Source: an uncultured virus (IMG/VR IMGVR_UViG_3300042891_000356) | Taxonomy: Duplodnaviria > Heunggongvirae > Uroviricota > Caudoviricetes | Reading direction: 5' to 3' (one strand) | Length of the DNA: 64,000 nucleotides | Virus record (IMG/VR): IMGVR_UViG_3300042891_000356 | In this document: positions 47,841-57,533 of the stretch, piece after piece | Position numbering within the stretch: the stretch's first letter is position 1 | Layout of the letters: every line of letters starts with the position of its first letter | Notes under the pieces: generated by a model | Seen by the model: only the letters and a program-made list of their open reading frames with translations | Database searches by the model: none | Told to the model about the DNA's origin: nothing | Translations under genes and position numbers: made by a program

Positions 47841-49237
47841 GCAAAAGTGTATTTCTAACAGCCGCAGAAGAAATGAAGGACAAATTAGGTCCTGCACTCT
47901 GCTTGGCTAAGTGGCAACAGGTAAGTCTACACCTACCAACCGGATTAACTAACAGTTGCTATCATCCGCCTTTGCATGAAATTGACAGTGCGCCTTTGCT
48001 GTTCAATCCCAGTGCCTTACACAACACTGACTACAAGAAACAGCAACGTAAACTTATGTTGGAGCAAACACGTCCAGCAGAATGTAGTTACTGTTGGAGT
48101 GCAGAAGATAATAAACAACTAAGCGATAGACACTATCGTTCCGGCGAACCATGGGCGGCTGAACACTATGAAGAAATAGTAAATGCACCTTGGGATCAGG
48201 ATGCCGCTCCAAGTTATGTTGAAGTAAACTTCAGTCATGGCTGTAATCTAGCCTGTAGCTATTGTAGTCCGCAGTATTCAACAGAATGGGGCAAAGATAT
48301 TGCTAAATGGGGTGCGTATCCTACTAGTACACCACACAACGCACCTGAACACTTCGAAGGCAGACGTAAGCCTATTCCGGTTCGTGAAGCTAATCCTTAC
48401 GTAGATGCATTTTGGGCTTGGTGGCCAGAACTATATGGTAGCTTAAAACACTTCCGCATGACGGGTGGCGAACCGCTTATGGATAAGAATACACATCGCG
48501 TATTTGATTATATCTTAGCCTTGCCTAAAGCAGACTTACATGTTGATGTAACAAGTAACTTTAGTGTTGAACCCGAACTGTTTGACAAGTACTTAGATAA
48601 AGTTAAACAACTATGTACAGGTGAACGCATAGAACACTTCATGCAGTATGTAAGTTTAGACTCGGGTGATCCTAGACAGTCTGAATACATCCGTAGAGGA
48701 TTAAATCCTAATAGAGTTGAGGGCTATGTTAATCGTTATCTAACAGAAGTACCGTATCGCAATAGTTTAACTTTCATCATTACTATGAGTAATTTAAATA
48801 TTCTGGGGTTGAAACGATTATTAGAACACGTATTAGAATTGCGTCGTCGACATAGTTCAACTTACCAACGTGTATGGTTTGATACACCATTGTTACGTAG
48901 TCCAACCTGGCAGAGTCTGCAGATACTTCCCAGCAGTTATTATACTGTGTTGGAAGATGTTATTGCCTACATGAAAGCAAACCTAATGCCCGAAGATAGT
49001 TTTGAGGGATTTAAAGATTATGAAATACAACGTATGGAACGCAACTTACTTTGGATGAGGGATGGTAGCAAATTGGCACCAGAGTATGTTACACTACAAC
49101 GTGCAGACTTCTATCGATTCTTTAGTGAATACGATAAACGTCGAGGCGCATATGAAACTGATGCAGGACACTTTACCGATATATTCCCGCAGATGAAAGA
49201 ATTTTGGAACGAATGCAAATATCATGCCGAAAATTAA
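47837..49237 (+). CDS. Radical SAM protein with N-terminal twitch-like Fe-S domain
   Basis: CLAKW..SCYH..ECSYCW, followed by CNLACSYC and GGEPLM. Confidence 0.88.
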   Translation: MSKSVFLTAAEEMKDKLGPALCLAKWQQVSLHLPTGLTNSCYHPPLHEIDSAPLLFNPSALHNTDYKKQQRKLMLEQTRPAECSYCWSAEDNKQLSDRHYRSGEPWAAEHYEEIVNAPWDQDAAPSYVEVNFSHGCNLACSYCSPQYSTEWGKDIAKWGAYPTSTPHNAPEHFEGRRKPIPVREANPYVDAFWAWWPELYGSLKHFRMTGGEPLMDKNTHRVFDYILALPKADLHVDVTSNFSVEPELFDKYLDKVKQLCTGERIEHFMQYVSLDSGDPRQSEYIRRGLNPNRVEGYVNRYLTEVPYRNSLTFIITMSNLNILGLKRLLEHVLELRRRHSSTYQRVWFDTPLLRSPTWQSLQILPSSYYTVLEDVIAYMKANLMPEDSFEGFKDYEIQRMERNLLWMRDGSKLAPEYVTLQRADFYRFFSEYDKRRGAYETDAGHFTDIFPQMKEFWNECKYHAEN

Positions 49238-50576
49238 TAACGAAACAGACTTAGAATATAAGCGTAGAGTGATAGACATTAAGTCAGAGTCATTCTGTGC
49301 TGCCAAATGGTATAATGCTACTATATGGTTAGGCTCGGGTATGACTACTAGCTGTCATCATCCGCTACCGCACAAGGTATCGCTTGAAGATATTGCCGCT
49401 AACCCTAAAGCATTGCATAACAGCATACGCAAGAAAGAAGAACGTCGTATGATGCAACAAGGCGAACGACCTGCAGGCTGTGAATACTGCTGGAAGATAG
49501 AAGACATGGGCACAGAAGCAGTCAGTGACCGTGTGTACAAAACTGTAATTTATTCAGATGAGGATTTAGATTATGCATACAATTTACCCGCAGACCAAGA
49601 CGTGGATCTGCAGACATTGGAAATTTCTTTTGACCGTACTTGTCAATTTGCTTGTAGTTACTGCAATCCTGCTTTTAGTAGCGCCTGGGTCAGGGACATT
49701 AAGACAAATGGTGCTTACACAAACTTGGTATCAGACGGTAGGAATCACTTTACTCATGTTCATGATAGTAGTCAACTTTACACACTCAATGAAGTTAATC
49801 CTTATGTGGAAGCGTTCTTTGCTTGGTGGGAAACAGACCTACACAAGACGTTAAAAGAACTGCGCATCACAGGTGGCGAACCATTAATGTCAGGTTACAC
49901 TTGGCGTCTAATAGATTGGTTTAAAGAACACAGGGGTGCTAGTACTACACGTCTTGCAATCAATAGCAATCTTGGTTTTAAACGTGATGTACTTGAGCGT
50001 TTACTTGACAGTACACAAGGTATCGAACTTGATATCTATACCAGCAATGAAGCAATGGGCAGACATGCAGAATACATACGTGATGGATTAGAATGGACTC
50101 AATGGGTTGATAACTTAATATTCCTATTAGAATCTAAACAGGTACGTGGAGTACATGTTATGGGCACAATCAATGCATTATGCTTATCAAGTCTGAGTGA
50201 ATTTTTGTACAACATAATGAAACTTAAAGAAAAATACGGACGTGAGTCACTGTCGTTTACTCTAAATATTCTTCGCTTTCCTAGTTTTCAAAGTCCATTG
50301 ATATTGCCGGCAGAATTACGTGCAAAATACAGCGCAGAGCTTGATAAATTTTTATCCATCAATAAAAAGAATACAATATTCCATGAGCACGAACTTGAGC
50401 ACATTAAACGACTAATCGAATATTTGACTATGGTGGATACTCCGCACAGTGAAGCATTTGATTTGCCTAAATTGCAGAACGATTTTAAACAGTTTTATCA
50501 ACAATACGACCAACGTCGAGGCAAAGACTTTAAATATACATTTACACAATTAACTAACTGGTACGACACACTATGA
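49224..50576 (+). CDS. Radical SAM protein with N-terminal twitch-like Fe-S domain
   Basis: CAAKW..SCHH..GCEYCW, followed by CQFACSYC and GGEPLM. Confidence 0.88.
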   Translation: MPKINNETDLEYKRRVIDIKSESFCAAKWYNATIWLGSGMTTSCHHPLPHKVSLEDIAANPKALHNSIRKKEERRMMQQGERPAGCEYCWKIEDMGTEAVSDRVYKTVIYSDEDLDYAYNLPADQDVDLQTLEISFDRTCQFACSYCNPAFSSAWVRDIKTNGAYTNLVSDGRNHFTHVHDSSQLYTLNEVNPYVEAFFAWWETDLHKTLKELRITGGEPLMSGYTWRLIDWFKEHRGASTTRLAINSNLGFKRDVLERLLDSTQGIELDIYTSNEAMGRHAEYIRDGLEWTQWVDNLIFLLESKQVRGVHVMGTINALCLSSLSEFLYNIMKLKEKYGRESLSFTLNILRFPSFQSPLILPAELRAKYSAELDKFLSINKKNTIFHEHELEHIKRLIEYLTMVDTPHSEAFDLPKLQNDFKQFYQQYDQRRGKDFKYTFTQLTNWYDTL

Positions 50577-53122
50577 GCGATGAGCCAAGCAAAAAATTAA
50601 CAGTACATCATAAAAATCACAATTACAATACTCGAAAACCTGTATACATACATGAAGATGAGTTAACGGAAGATCAAACATATAAACTAATAGAAAGCAA
50701 ACACTTCTGCATGATACCATGGACACACATGCACGGTATTCCTGATGGGCGTGCTTATCCTTGCTGTTTAGGTGAAATGCATTTGCCCATAGGCAATTTC
50801 AAAGAGAATACTATGGCTGAGGTATGGAACGGGACACCGTACAAACAGATGCGTATCAATATGTTAGAAGATAAGCCGAGTAAAGAATGTACACGTTGCT
50901 ACGAGCAAGAAGAAAATGGATTCTTTTCGATGCGTAACAGTCAAAATAAAAACTTTGGACATCATATTGCCTTAGCAGATAAAACTAATGCCGACGGCAG
51001 TTTAGATGATTTCAAATTACGCTACTATGATGTGCGTTTCTCTAATCTATGTAACTTCAGCTGTAGAACTTGCGGAAGTTTGTTTAGCAGTAGTTGGTAT
51101 GCAGAAGAAACTAAACTGTTTGGTAAATTAAATCACCCACAGATTATGTTTGCCGGTACAAATAAAGACGACATGTGGGAACAGATGCAGGAACATATTC
51201 CGTATCTAGAGCAGATCTACTTTGCTGGCGGCGAGCCATTAATCATGGAAGAACATTATCGCATCTTGGAAGAATTAGTTAAGCGTGAAATGTTCCATGT
51301 TAGATTAATCTACAACACAAACTTTAGTCACATACGTCTTAAGGATAAGATGGTGTTCGAATACTGGAAACTATTTGATACAGTATGTGTAGGCGCAAGT
51401 TTAGATGATAGCTATCTACGTGGAGAATACATACGTAAAGGACAAGACTGGGAAGAAACAGTAGATAATCGTCGCAAAATGATTGAAATTTGTCCTAATG
51501 TTGACTTTTACGTAAGTAGCACAGTTAGTATATTTAATGCATGGCATGTAATGGATTTTCACCGTGAGTGGGTTGAGCTTGGACTAATCAAAGCTATGGA
51601 TTGGAATGTAAACATTCTGCAAAGTCCAGAACGTGATCGAATTGACGTATTACCAATTCAATTTAAAGATAGAATCAAACAACGAGTTGAAGAACATATT
51701 GCTTGGCTTGCTCCGATAGATCAACTGCAACGAGCTACTTCTGGTTATCGAGCTATTATCACATTTATGTATCAAGATGACAAGAGTCATTTATTGGGAG
51801 AATTTTTTAAGATAAATGATCAGACTGATACACATAGAAAAGAAACATTTGAAGAAGTGTTTCCGGAGTATCGAGAATTGCGTGATCACTTGGGTATTAA
51901 CAAAACGCATGATAGTATCTGTATGTTACCTTGGGTTAGTATCGAAGCAAGTCCGGTAGGCACAGCTCGTCCGTGTTGTTTAGCCAAAGATGAAATAACT
52001 AAACCCGATGGTACCCCATACAAACTTAGAGAAAATTCATTGGCAGAAATTTACAACAGTGAATACATGCAGGACCTACGTCGACAATTTCGTCGAGGTG
52101 AAAAGCCTAGCACATGTAATCGTTGCTGGAGTGAAGAGGATGCTGGTATAGTTAGTAAACGTATCAACAGCAGAATTAGACTTAAAGAGTTTTATCCTAT
52201 TGTTGATTGGAAAAACGATACGCCAGATCAACTTTGGTTTATTGATCTTAAGCTAGGCAACATTTGTAATCTTAAATGTCGTATATGTGGTTCTTGGTCT
52301 AGTAGTAAATGGGCCAAAGAAGAAATTGATTACGAGTCTAGAAAATATAAAGATGTACAGGGGTATGACCGTAAACAACACAGTGCATATATGTTCCTAC
52401 AAGAAGGTACATGGCCAAGAGAAAGCGAAGTGTTTTGGGAAAATTTAAAAGAACTATTACCTAACATCAAGTACTTTGAATTTACTGGTGGTGAGCCATT
52501 CTTAATTGAAGAGCATTTTAAACTACTACGCTATGCAGTAGAACATGGTTATAGCAAACGTATTGATATACATTATAATACCAACGGTACAGTGTATCCC
52601 AGTGACGAAGAAGTTGCATTGTGGGGTAAATTTAGAAATGTTGAGATTGCTATTAGTATCGATAATACCGAAGCACGTTTCGAATATGAACGTTATGGTG
52701 CAGTGTGGGAAGAAGTAAAAACTAATGTTATAAAATTTAACGCGATGCGAACTAATTTAATTCAAACACAAGTTTGTATGACTATAAACATACAAAATGT
52801 TTATTATCTGCCGGAACTTTGTGATTGGGTCAATACTCAACAATTTGATATGGTGCATTTTAATATGTTACATGATCCAAATGTTATGTGCATTAATCGT
52901 ATGACACCTGTGGCACAGAAGTTAGTAATTGATAGATTAACTGCTTATCCATTTAATGTCAAACATCGTGTTGAAATTGATAAAATAATTCAATTCATCG
53001 AAAATGGCGAAGGCAGTGATGGCACAGCATTTGTACAAAAAATGCAACAGACTGATACCTATCGTGAGCAGAGTATGTTAACCACACATAGAGAAATTGC
53101 CGTAGCAATGGGTTATGAATAA
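50573..53122 (+). CDS. Tandem double radical SAM protein (two twitch + radical SAM units)
   Basis: Unit 1 has CMIPW/PCC/CTRC, CNFSCRTC and GGEP. Unit 2 has CMLPW/PCC/CNRC, CNLKCRIC and GGEP. Confidence 0.9.
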   Translation: MSDEPSKKLTVHHKNHNYNTRKPVYIHEDELTEDQTYKLIESKHFCMIPWTHMHGIPDGRAYPCCLGEMHLPIGNFKENTMAEVWNGTPYKQMRINMLEDKPSKECTRCYEQEENGFFSMRNSQNKNFGHHIALADKTNADGSLDDFKLRYYDVRFSNLCNFSCRTCGSLFSSSWYAEETKLFGKLNHPQIMFAGTNKDDMWEQMQEHIPYLEQIYFAGGEPLIMEEHYRILEELVKREMFHVRLIYNTNFSHIRLKDKMVFEYWKLFDTVCVGASLDDSYLRGEYIRKGQDWEETVDNRRKMIEICPNVDFYVSSTVSIFNAWHVMDFHREWVELGLIKAMDWNVNILQSPERDRIDVLPIQFKDRIKQRVEEHIAWLAPIDQLQRATSGYRAIITFMYQDDKSHLLGEFFKINDQTDTHRKETFEEVFPEYRELRDHLGINKTHDSICMLPWVSIEASPVGTARPCCLAKDEITKPDGTPYKLRENSLAEIYNSEYMQDLRRQFRRGEKPSTCNRCWSEEDAGIVSKRINSRIRLKEFYPIVDWKNDTPDQLWFIDLKLGNICNLKCRICGSWSSSKWAKEEIDYESRKYKDVQGYDRKQHSAYMFLQEGTWPRESEVFWENLKELLPNIKYFEFTGGEPFLIEEHFKLLRYAVEHGYSKRIDIHYNTNGTVYPSDEEVALWGKFRNVEIAISIDNTEARFEYERYGAVWEEVKTNVIKFNAMRTNLIQTQVCMTINIQNVYYLPELCDWVNTQQFDMVHFNMLHDPNVMCINRMTPVAQKLVIDRLTAYPFNVKHRVEIDKIIQFIENGEGSDGTAFVQKMQQTDTYREQSMLTTHREIAVAMGYE

Positions 53123-53597
53123 TCTTGCATTTGGCTGTAGTCATACGTATGGTATTGGTGTTGAGCCACATGAGGCGTGGCCGGCACTATTAGGAGCAAC
53201 TAACTGTGGTGTTCCTGGATGTAGTAGTGACTTAATTGCAAGAATCATGCCTGCACTATTAGCCGAGCATACCCCGGCAATTGTTTATGTATTATGGCCC
53301 GATTGGAGACGATTTGAATATGCAGAACATGGAAAGATTAAGCAGTCACTAGCTACCGATGCTAATAGAATATACTTTATGGATACAGCTACTGACGAGT
53401 GGTTACATGAAAATTTCAACAAACAAGTAAACACAGTTAAACAATTGTGTAAAGATATAACATTGATCGATATGACTTTACACGATTTAATTCCGTATAT
53501 GGATCATGCTGACCGATGGCCACTATCAAAATTAGGGCATCATTACGATCATACATGGCATCAACAAGTAGCAGACATATTTAATGCAAAAACCTAA
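53115..53597 (+). CDS. SGNH/GDSL-like protein
   Basis: AFGCSHTYG, GVPGCS and C-terminal GHHY. Confidence 0.6.
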   Translation: MNNLAFGCSHTYGIGVEPHEAWPALLGATNCGVPGCSSDLIARIMPALLAEHTPAIVYVLWPDWRRFEYAEHGKIKQSLATDANRIYFMDTATDEWLHENFNKQVNTVKQLCKDITLIDMTLHDLIPYMDHADRWPLSKLGHHYDHTWHQQVADIFNAKT

Positions 53598-54873
53598 TAC
53601 ACTTTGTTTAGCACCATGGGTACATACATATCTTAGTCCTCAAACTGAAAGACGTATGTGCTGTGCTAGTCGCGAGCCCGCACAGAACTTTGAACAGTAT
53701 ATAGATACTAGTGCTGGCACAGGCAAATACATTCCCATTACGTTAGAAGAACACTGGAACAGTGACCACATGAAGTCAGTGCGCCGACGTATGATGGCCG
53801 GTGAAACCCTACCTGAGTGTGAAGTATGTAATGACAAGTTGTTGAACACATCAGTTTACCGTAGTTATTTTGATTCACTTTTTGGCCATAAGTATTTACA
53901 AGTGCTAGAGAATACTCAACCAGACGGAACTACTACACTCCGCCCTGTTAGTTGGGATTATCGCTTTAGTAACTTGTGTAATTTCAAATGTCGTATGTGT
54001 GGTGATATGTTATCTAGTGCGTGGGAAACAGAGGAACGCACTCACAATATGATCAATTGGTCAAATCCAAAAAACAATTGGATGCTGCCCGAAATCAAAG
54101 AACAAATAACAGAATTTCAAGATAGTCAAATAGAACAAGAGTTTGCAGAAGCTGTAGAAGAGCATCGAGTAGAAGAGGTATATTGGGTAGGCGGAGAGCC
54201 ACTGATGTACGAACAACATTGGCGTTATATGCGACGCATTGTTGAACTAGGAGATGGTAAACGTGTTTACGCAAGATACAATACAAATCTTAGCCGTGTC
54301 AACTATCGCGGTATCAATTTGTACAGTGACATTTTATCTGGGCTACGTGACTGGCAGATCTGCGCAAGCCTCGACGGAACTGGAGCAATTGGACAATATA
54401 TTAGAACAGGACTTGACTACAATTCATGGCTTACAAACTTCCGTCAAGGAGTTAGAATCGCAGGTCATAGACGCCAAATGCGAATTGATTTCACACTTAC
54501 CTTGCCCGGTATGTTCGAAGTCATCAACATTACCAACCTTGCTAAAGAAGAAAATGTAGACATACTAGCTAAAGTTGTTTTTAGCTTTAGCCCGGACATT
54601 ATTCTTAGTCCGCTTGCACTACCTCGCGACTTACTACATCCGTGGTTAGACGAACTAATCCCACAAACTTCTGGCGCTATGCAGGATATACTTGTACAGT
54701 TAAAATCACGACCAACGTTTGATGAACAATGGCCCGATACATATAAGAAAGAGCTTGACAAAGGTAAGCAACGTGTGTTACAATTAGAAAGTATACGTAA
54801 CGATACGCTTACACTAGCAGATATATTAAAAGAGAGACCGGCTGTATATGAATGGTACAAATCAATTAGTTAA
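53584..54873 (+). CDS. Radical SAM protein with N-terminal twitch-like Fe-S domain
   Basis: CLAPW..MCC..ECEVC, followed by CNFKCRMC and GGEPLM. Confidence 0.88.
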   Translation: MQKPNTLCLAPWVHTYLSPQTERRMCCASREPAQNFEQYIDTSAGTGKYIPITLEEHWNSDHMKSVRRRMMAGETLPECEVCNDKLLNTSVYRSYFDSLFGHKYLQVLENTQPDGTTTLRPVSWDYRFSNLCNFKCRMCGDMLSSAWETEERTHNMINWSNPKNNWMLPEIKEQITEFQDSQIEQEFAEAVEEHRVEEVYWVGGEPLMYEQHWRYMRRIVELGDGKRVYARYNTNLSRVNYRGINLYSDILSGLRDWQICASLDGTGAIGQYIRTGLDYNSWLTNFRQGVRIAGHRRQMRIDFTLTLPGMFEVINITNLAKEENVDILAKVVFSFSPDIILSPLALPRDLLHPWLDELIPQTSGAMQDILVQLKSRPTFDEQWPDTYKKELDKGKQRVLQLESIRNDTLTLADILKERPAVYEWYKSIS

Positions 54874-56020
54874 AATAACTTTACGCAATCCGTTGGATAA
54901 AACAGATCTATTAGATTATTATATTGTTCCGCATGATACTGCATTGTCTCGAGACTGGGTAACAGCACTTAAGATATTATTGAGCAATCGTAATCTATTA
55001 GAAAAAAATTATTGTTTTATGGGGTTTCCTAAAACTGCACGTAACTTAGAATATCTGTGTGAGTTAGCCAACCAAGCTGTTGAAACTATTAATAATTTTG
55101 ATTTTACACAGCATGGACTTGACGATTATATCATCGAAGAGTGGTTTCATCCTAATACTGTTCGTTTTCCTGATTCTTATTCAGTAGAGGATCGTGTACG
55201 AGGAGATAGTGTTGAGGCGCATCTTTCTCATCGCCTTAAGATTGGACTTCATCCAAAGCATACTGTATTAAACCAATTACACAACCATTTTGAACGTCTT
55301 CAAGGAACAGTATCGAGTTTAAGCAAATATTATTGTGCAGCAGATTATGAAACAAAGTATGCTATCAGACAGTTAAACATCCTGTGTCATGAAATGGAAA
55401 CTCTTATTTTAAGCCAACGTAAGGCTAGAGTAATTCCTGAATGGTGTAGACCTAGTCAAATTACTACATTTTTACACGCGGACCGATATACACTAACTGA
55501 CGAACATAGACAGGGATTTTTAACTAATGGTTATGATCGGCAATTTGGCGAAGTCTATATGCATTGGGCACAAATTGGCAAAACATTATTTGAAGTATGG
55601 CGTGACGAAGGTGCACCTGAGCTTACTGACACTGTATGTGAAGCAATCACAGCATTAGAATACTATAGCGGTGAATTTGATGTAGAGTGGGCAAAGGATG
55701 TTACTCGAGCTGATAACTTTCCGTGGCATGATAAACAACAACAAGAATTCACCGATTGGCTAGTAGCAAACAAATTGGACCCTGCTAACACAAAACTTAG
55801 TCTAGGATATCTACCCATTGGCACAGTTGATCTTATTAAAAGTTTTGGTACAACTGACATGTTTGACATATGGGATAAATTAAATAATCATTTAGATATT
55901 TTTAAAATAGAAGTCGACGATGTAAGTTGTACCTTTGATTATTGTTGGTCAGATGCAGATTACAAACAACAACAAATAGATAATATGAGGCCAGGTTATG
56001 ATTTTAGTAGCAGGGGGTGA
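54848..56020 (+). CDS. Hypothetical protein
   Basis: 390 aa ORF overlapping both neighbours. LHNHFE and CHEME could be metal ligands. No family was recognised. Confidence 0.75.
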   Translation: MNGTNQLVKITLRNPLDKTDLLDYYIVPHDTALSRDWVTALKILLSNRNLLEKNYCFMGFPKTARNLEYLCELANQAVETINNFDFTQHGLDDYIIEEWFHPNTVRFPDSYSVEDRVRGDSVEAHLSHRLKIGLHPKHTVLNQLHNHFERLQGTVSSLSKYYCAADYETKYAIRQLNILCHEMETLILSQRKARVIPEWCRPSQITTFLHADRYTLTDEHRQGFLTNGYDRQFGEVYMHWAQIGKTLFEVWRDEGAPELTDTVCEAITALEYYSGEFDVEWAKDVTRADNFPWHDKQQQEFTDWLVANKLDPANTKLSLGYLPIGTVDLIKSFGTTDMFDIWDKLNNHLDIFKIEVDDVSCTFDYCWSDADYKQQQIDNMRPGYDFSSRG

Positions 56021-56816
56021 TAGTTTTACCTATGGGAGTGAGCTCAAAGACGGAGTATCTCCTCTGGATCCCACTGGAACGGCGCCAGCATACCCAATTG
56101 TCAGTCTGAGTACTTACACAGCATTATTGGCCAAGGATTTTGGTATGCACTACGAATGTGCAGCATATCCGGGATTTAGTAACAGTGCTATTCGTCGTAC
56201 TACAATGAATGCCTGCGAAAAATTACAAGACGTTGGATTAGTATTTGTAACATGGACATTCCCGGGCCGTTACGAATTTAGATTTAATTACGATACTGAA
56301 GAACGATGGGGTCATTGGTATAATCTTACAGCTTGGTCAATTATAGATGATATAGAAGACATTAAACGTGAATTTAAAACAGATGATCCTGATATACTCA
56401 AACATCATATTACTCATTTAAACCGAGCCAAGCAAACAGGCACCGCAGAATTTGCTAAAACATTTTATAAACATGTCGGGTCAACTACCTATTGGGAAAC
56501 ATACATTTCATTATCAGAAATAATTATGTTGCAACAATATCTACAGTTAAAGAATATACCGTATATATTTTCAATGGTGGATGAAGCACTATTAAATAAC
56601 TGTATGTATTTAATGAACGATGATAGTATAGCATTATTATACAATCAAATTGACTTTAGTCGATGGATTACTTTTCCAAATAATCAAGGATTTTATACAT
56701 GGGCAAGAGACTTTAAATATCCTATGGGCACAACACATCCATTAGAGCCTGCACATACGGACGCGGCAAAATATATCAAGGAGAACTATAATGAATTGGT
56801 TAAGGAATTTATATAA
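55998..56816 (+). CDS. SGNH/GDSL-like protein
   Basis: AGGDSFTYG, PGFSN and THPLEPAH. Confidence 0.68.
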   Translation: MILVAGGDSFTYGSELKDGVSPLDPTGTAPAYPIVSLSTYTALLAKDFGMHYECAAYPGFSNSAIRRTTMNACEKLQDVGLVFVTWTFPGRYEFRFNYDTEERWGHWYNLTAWSIIDDIEDIKREFKTDDPDILKHHITHLNRAKQTGTAEFAKTFYKHVGSTTYWETYISLSEIIMLQQYLQLKNIPYIFSMVDEALLNNCMYLMNDDSIALLYNQIDFSRWITFPNNQGFYTWARDFKYPMGTTHPLEPAHTDAAKYIKENYNELVKEFI

Positions 56817-56892
56817 TAGAATTAAATTAGAAATAACCTATCGTAAAAAATTAAAAGAATTACGTAAACGTGATCCATTTATCTACAAATAA
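56791..56892 (+). CDS. Small basic 33 aa protein, not in the ORF track
   Basis: MNWLRNLYNRIKLEITYRKKLKELRKRDPFIYK, with an AAGGAG RBS upstream and a TAATG overlap with the next start. Confidence 0.7.
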   Translation: MNWLRNLYNRIKLEITYRKKLKELRKRDPFIYK

Positions 56893-57533
56893 TGCGAGTA
56901 TTAACTGTTGGTGACAGCTTTACATATGGCGACGAGTTATCTGATATTCAGCAGGCATGGCCATATATATTGCAAAATAAATTATCCTGCAGGTTAACTA
57001 ATCTAGGAAAACCCTCTACGGGCAATACTAGTATGGTTCGAAATGTAGTAGAGCATGCGGCAGATTATGATTTGATTATCGTAGCATGGAGTCATTTTGC
57101 GCGAATTGAATTTGCCGACGAATGTGGAATATATGATACATGGCCCGGACATCGAGGCGTTATGTTTACGGGTGAAACAGCATTTCGAACAGATGTTTTA
57201 GACTATATAACGCGGCACCACGATGATGAATATTTATATAAACAATATCTGTTACACATAATTCTATTACAAACTTATGCGGATAAGCATAATAAAAAAT
57301 TGCTTATGCTCAATACCACTATTAGTCAATTAACCTTACGTAATAGAATATCTTTATTACCTATAATTAATCAAATTAATACTCAACACTTTATTGGCTG
57401 GCCCGGCGAATCGATGATGGATTGGGCATATGGCACACCAAAAGGTCCAAACGGACACTTCTTAGAAGAAGGTCACGCTAAGGTAGCAGACAAAATTTAT
57501 GAACATATTAGGCATCTCAGCTGGGTTTCATGA
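56892..57533 (+). CDS. SGNH/GDSL-like protein
   Basis: VGDSFTYG, NLGKPSTGN and GHFLEEGH. Confidence 0.68.
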   Translation: MRVLTVGDSFTYGDELSDIQQAWPYILQNKLSCRLTNLGKPSTGNTSMVRNVVEHAADYDLIIVAWSHFARIEFADECGIYDTWPGHRGVMFTGETAFRTDVLDYITRHHDDEYLYKQYLLHIILLQTYADKHNKKLLMLNTTISQLTLRNRISLLPIINQINTQHFIGWPGESMMDWAYGTPKGPNGHFLEEGHAKVADKIYEHIRHLSWVS

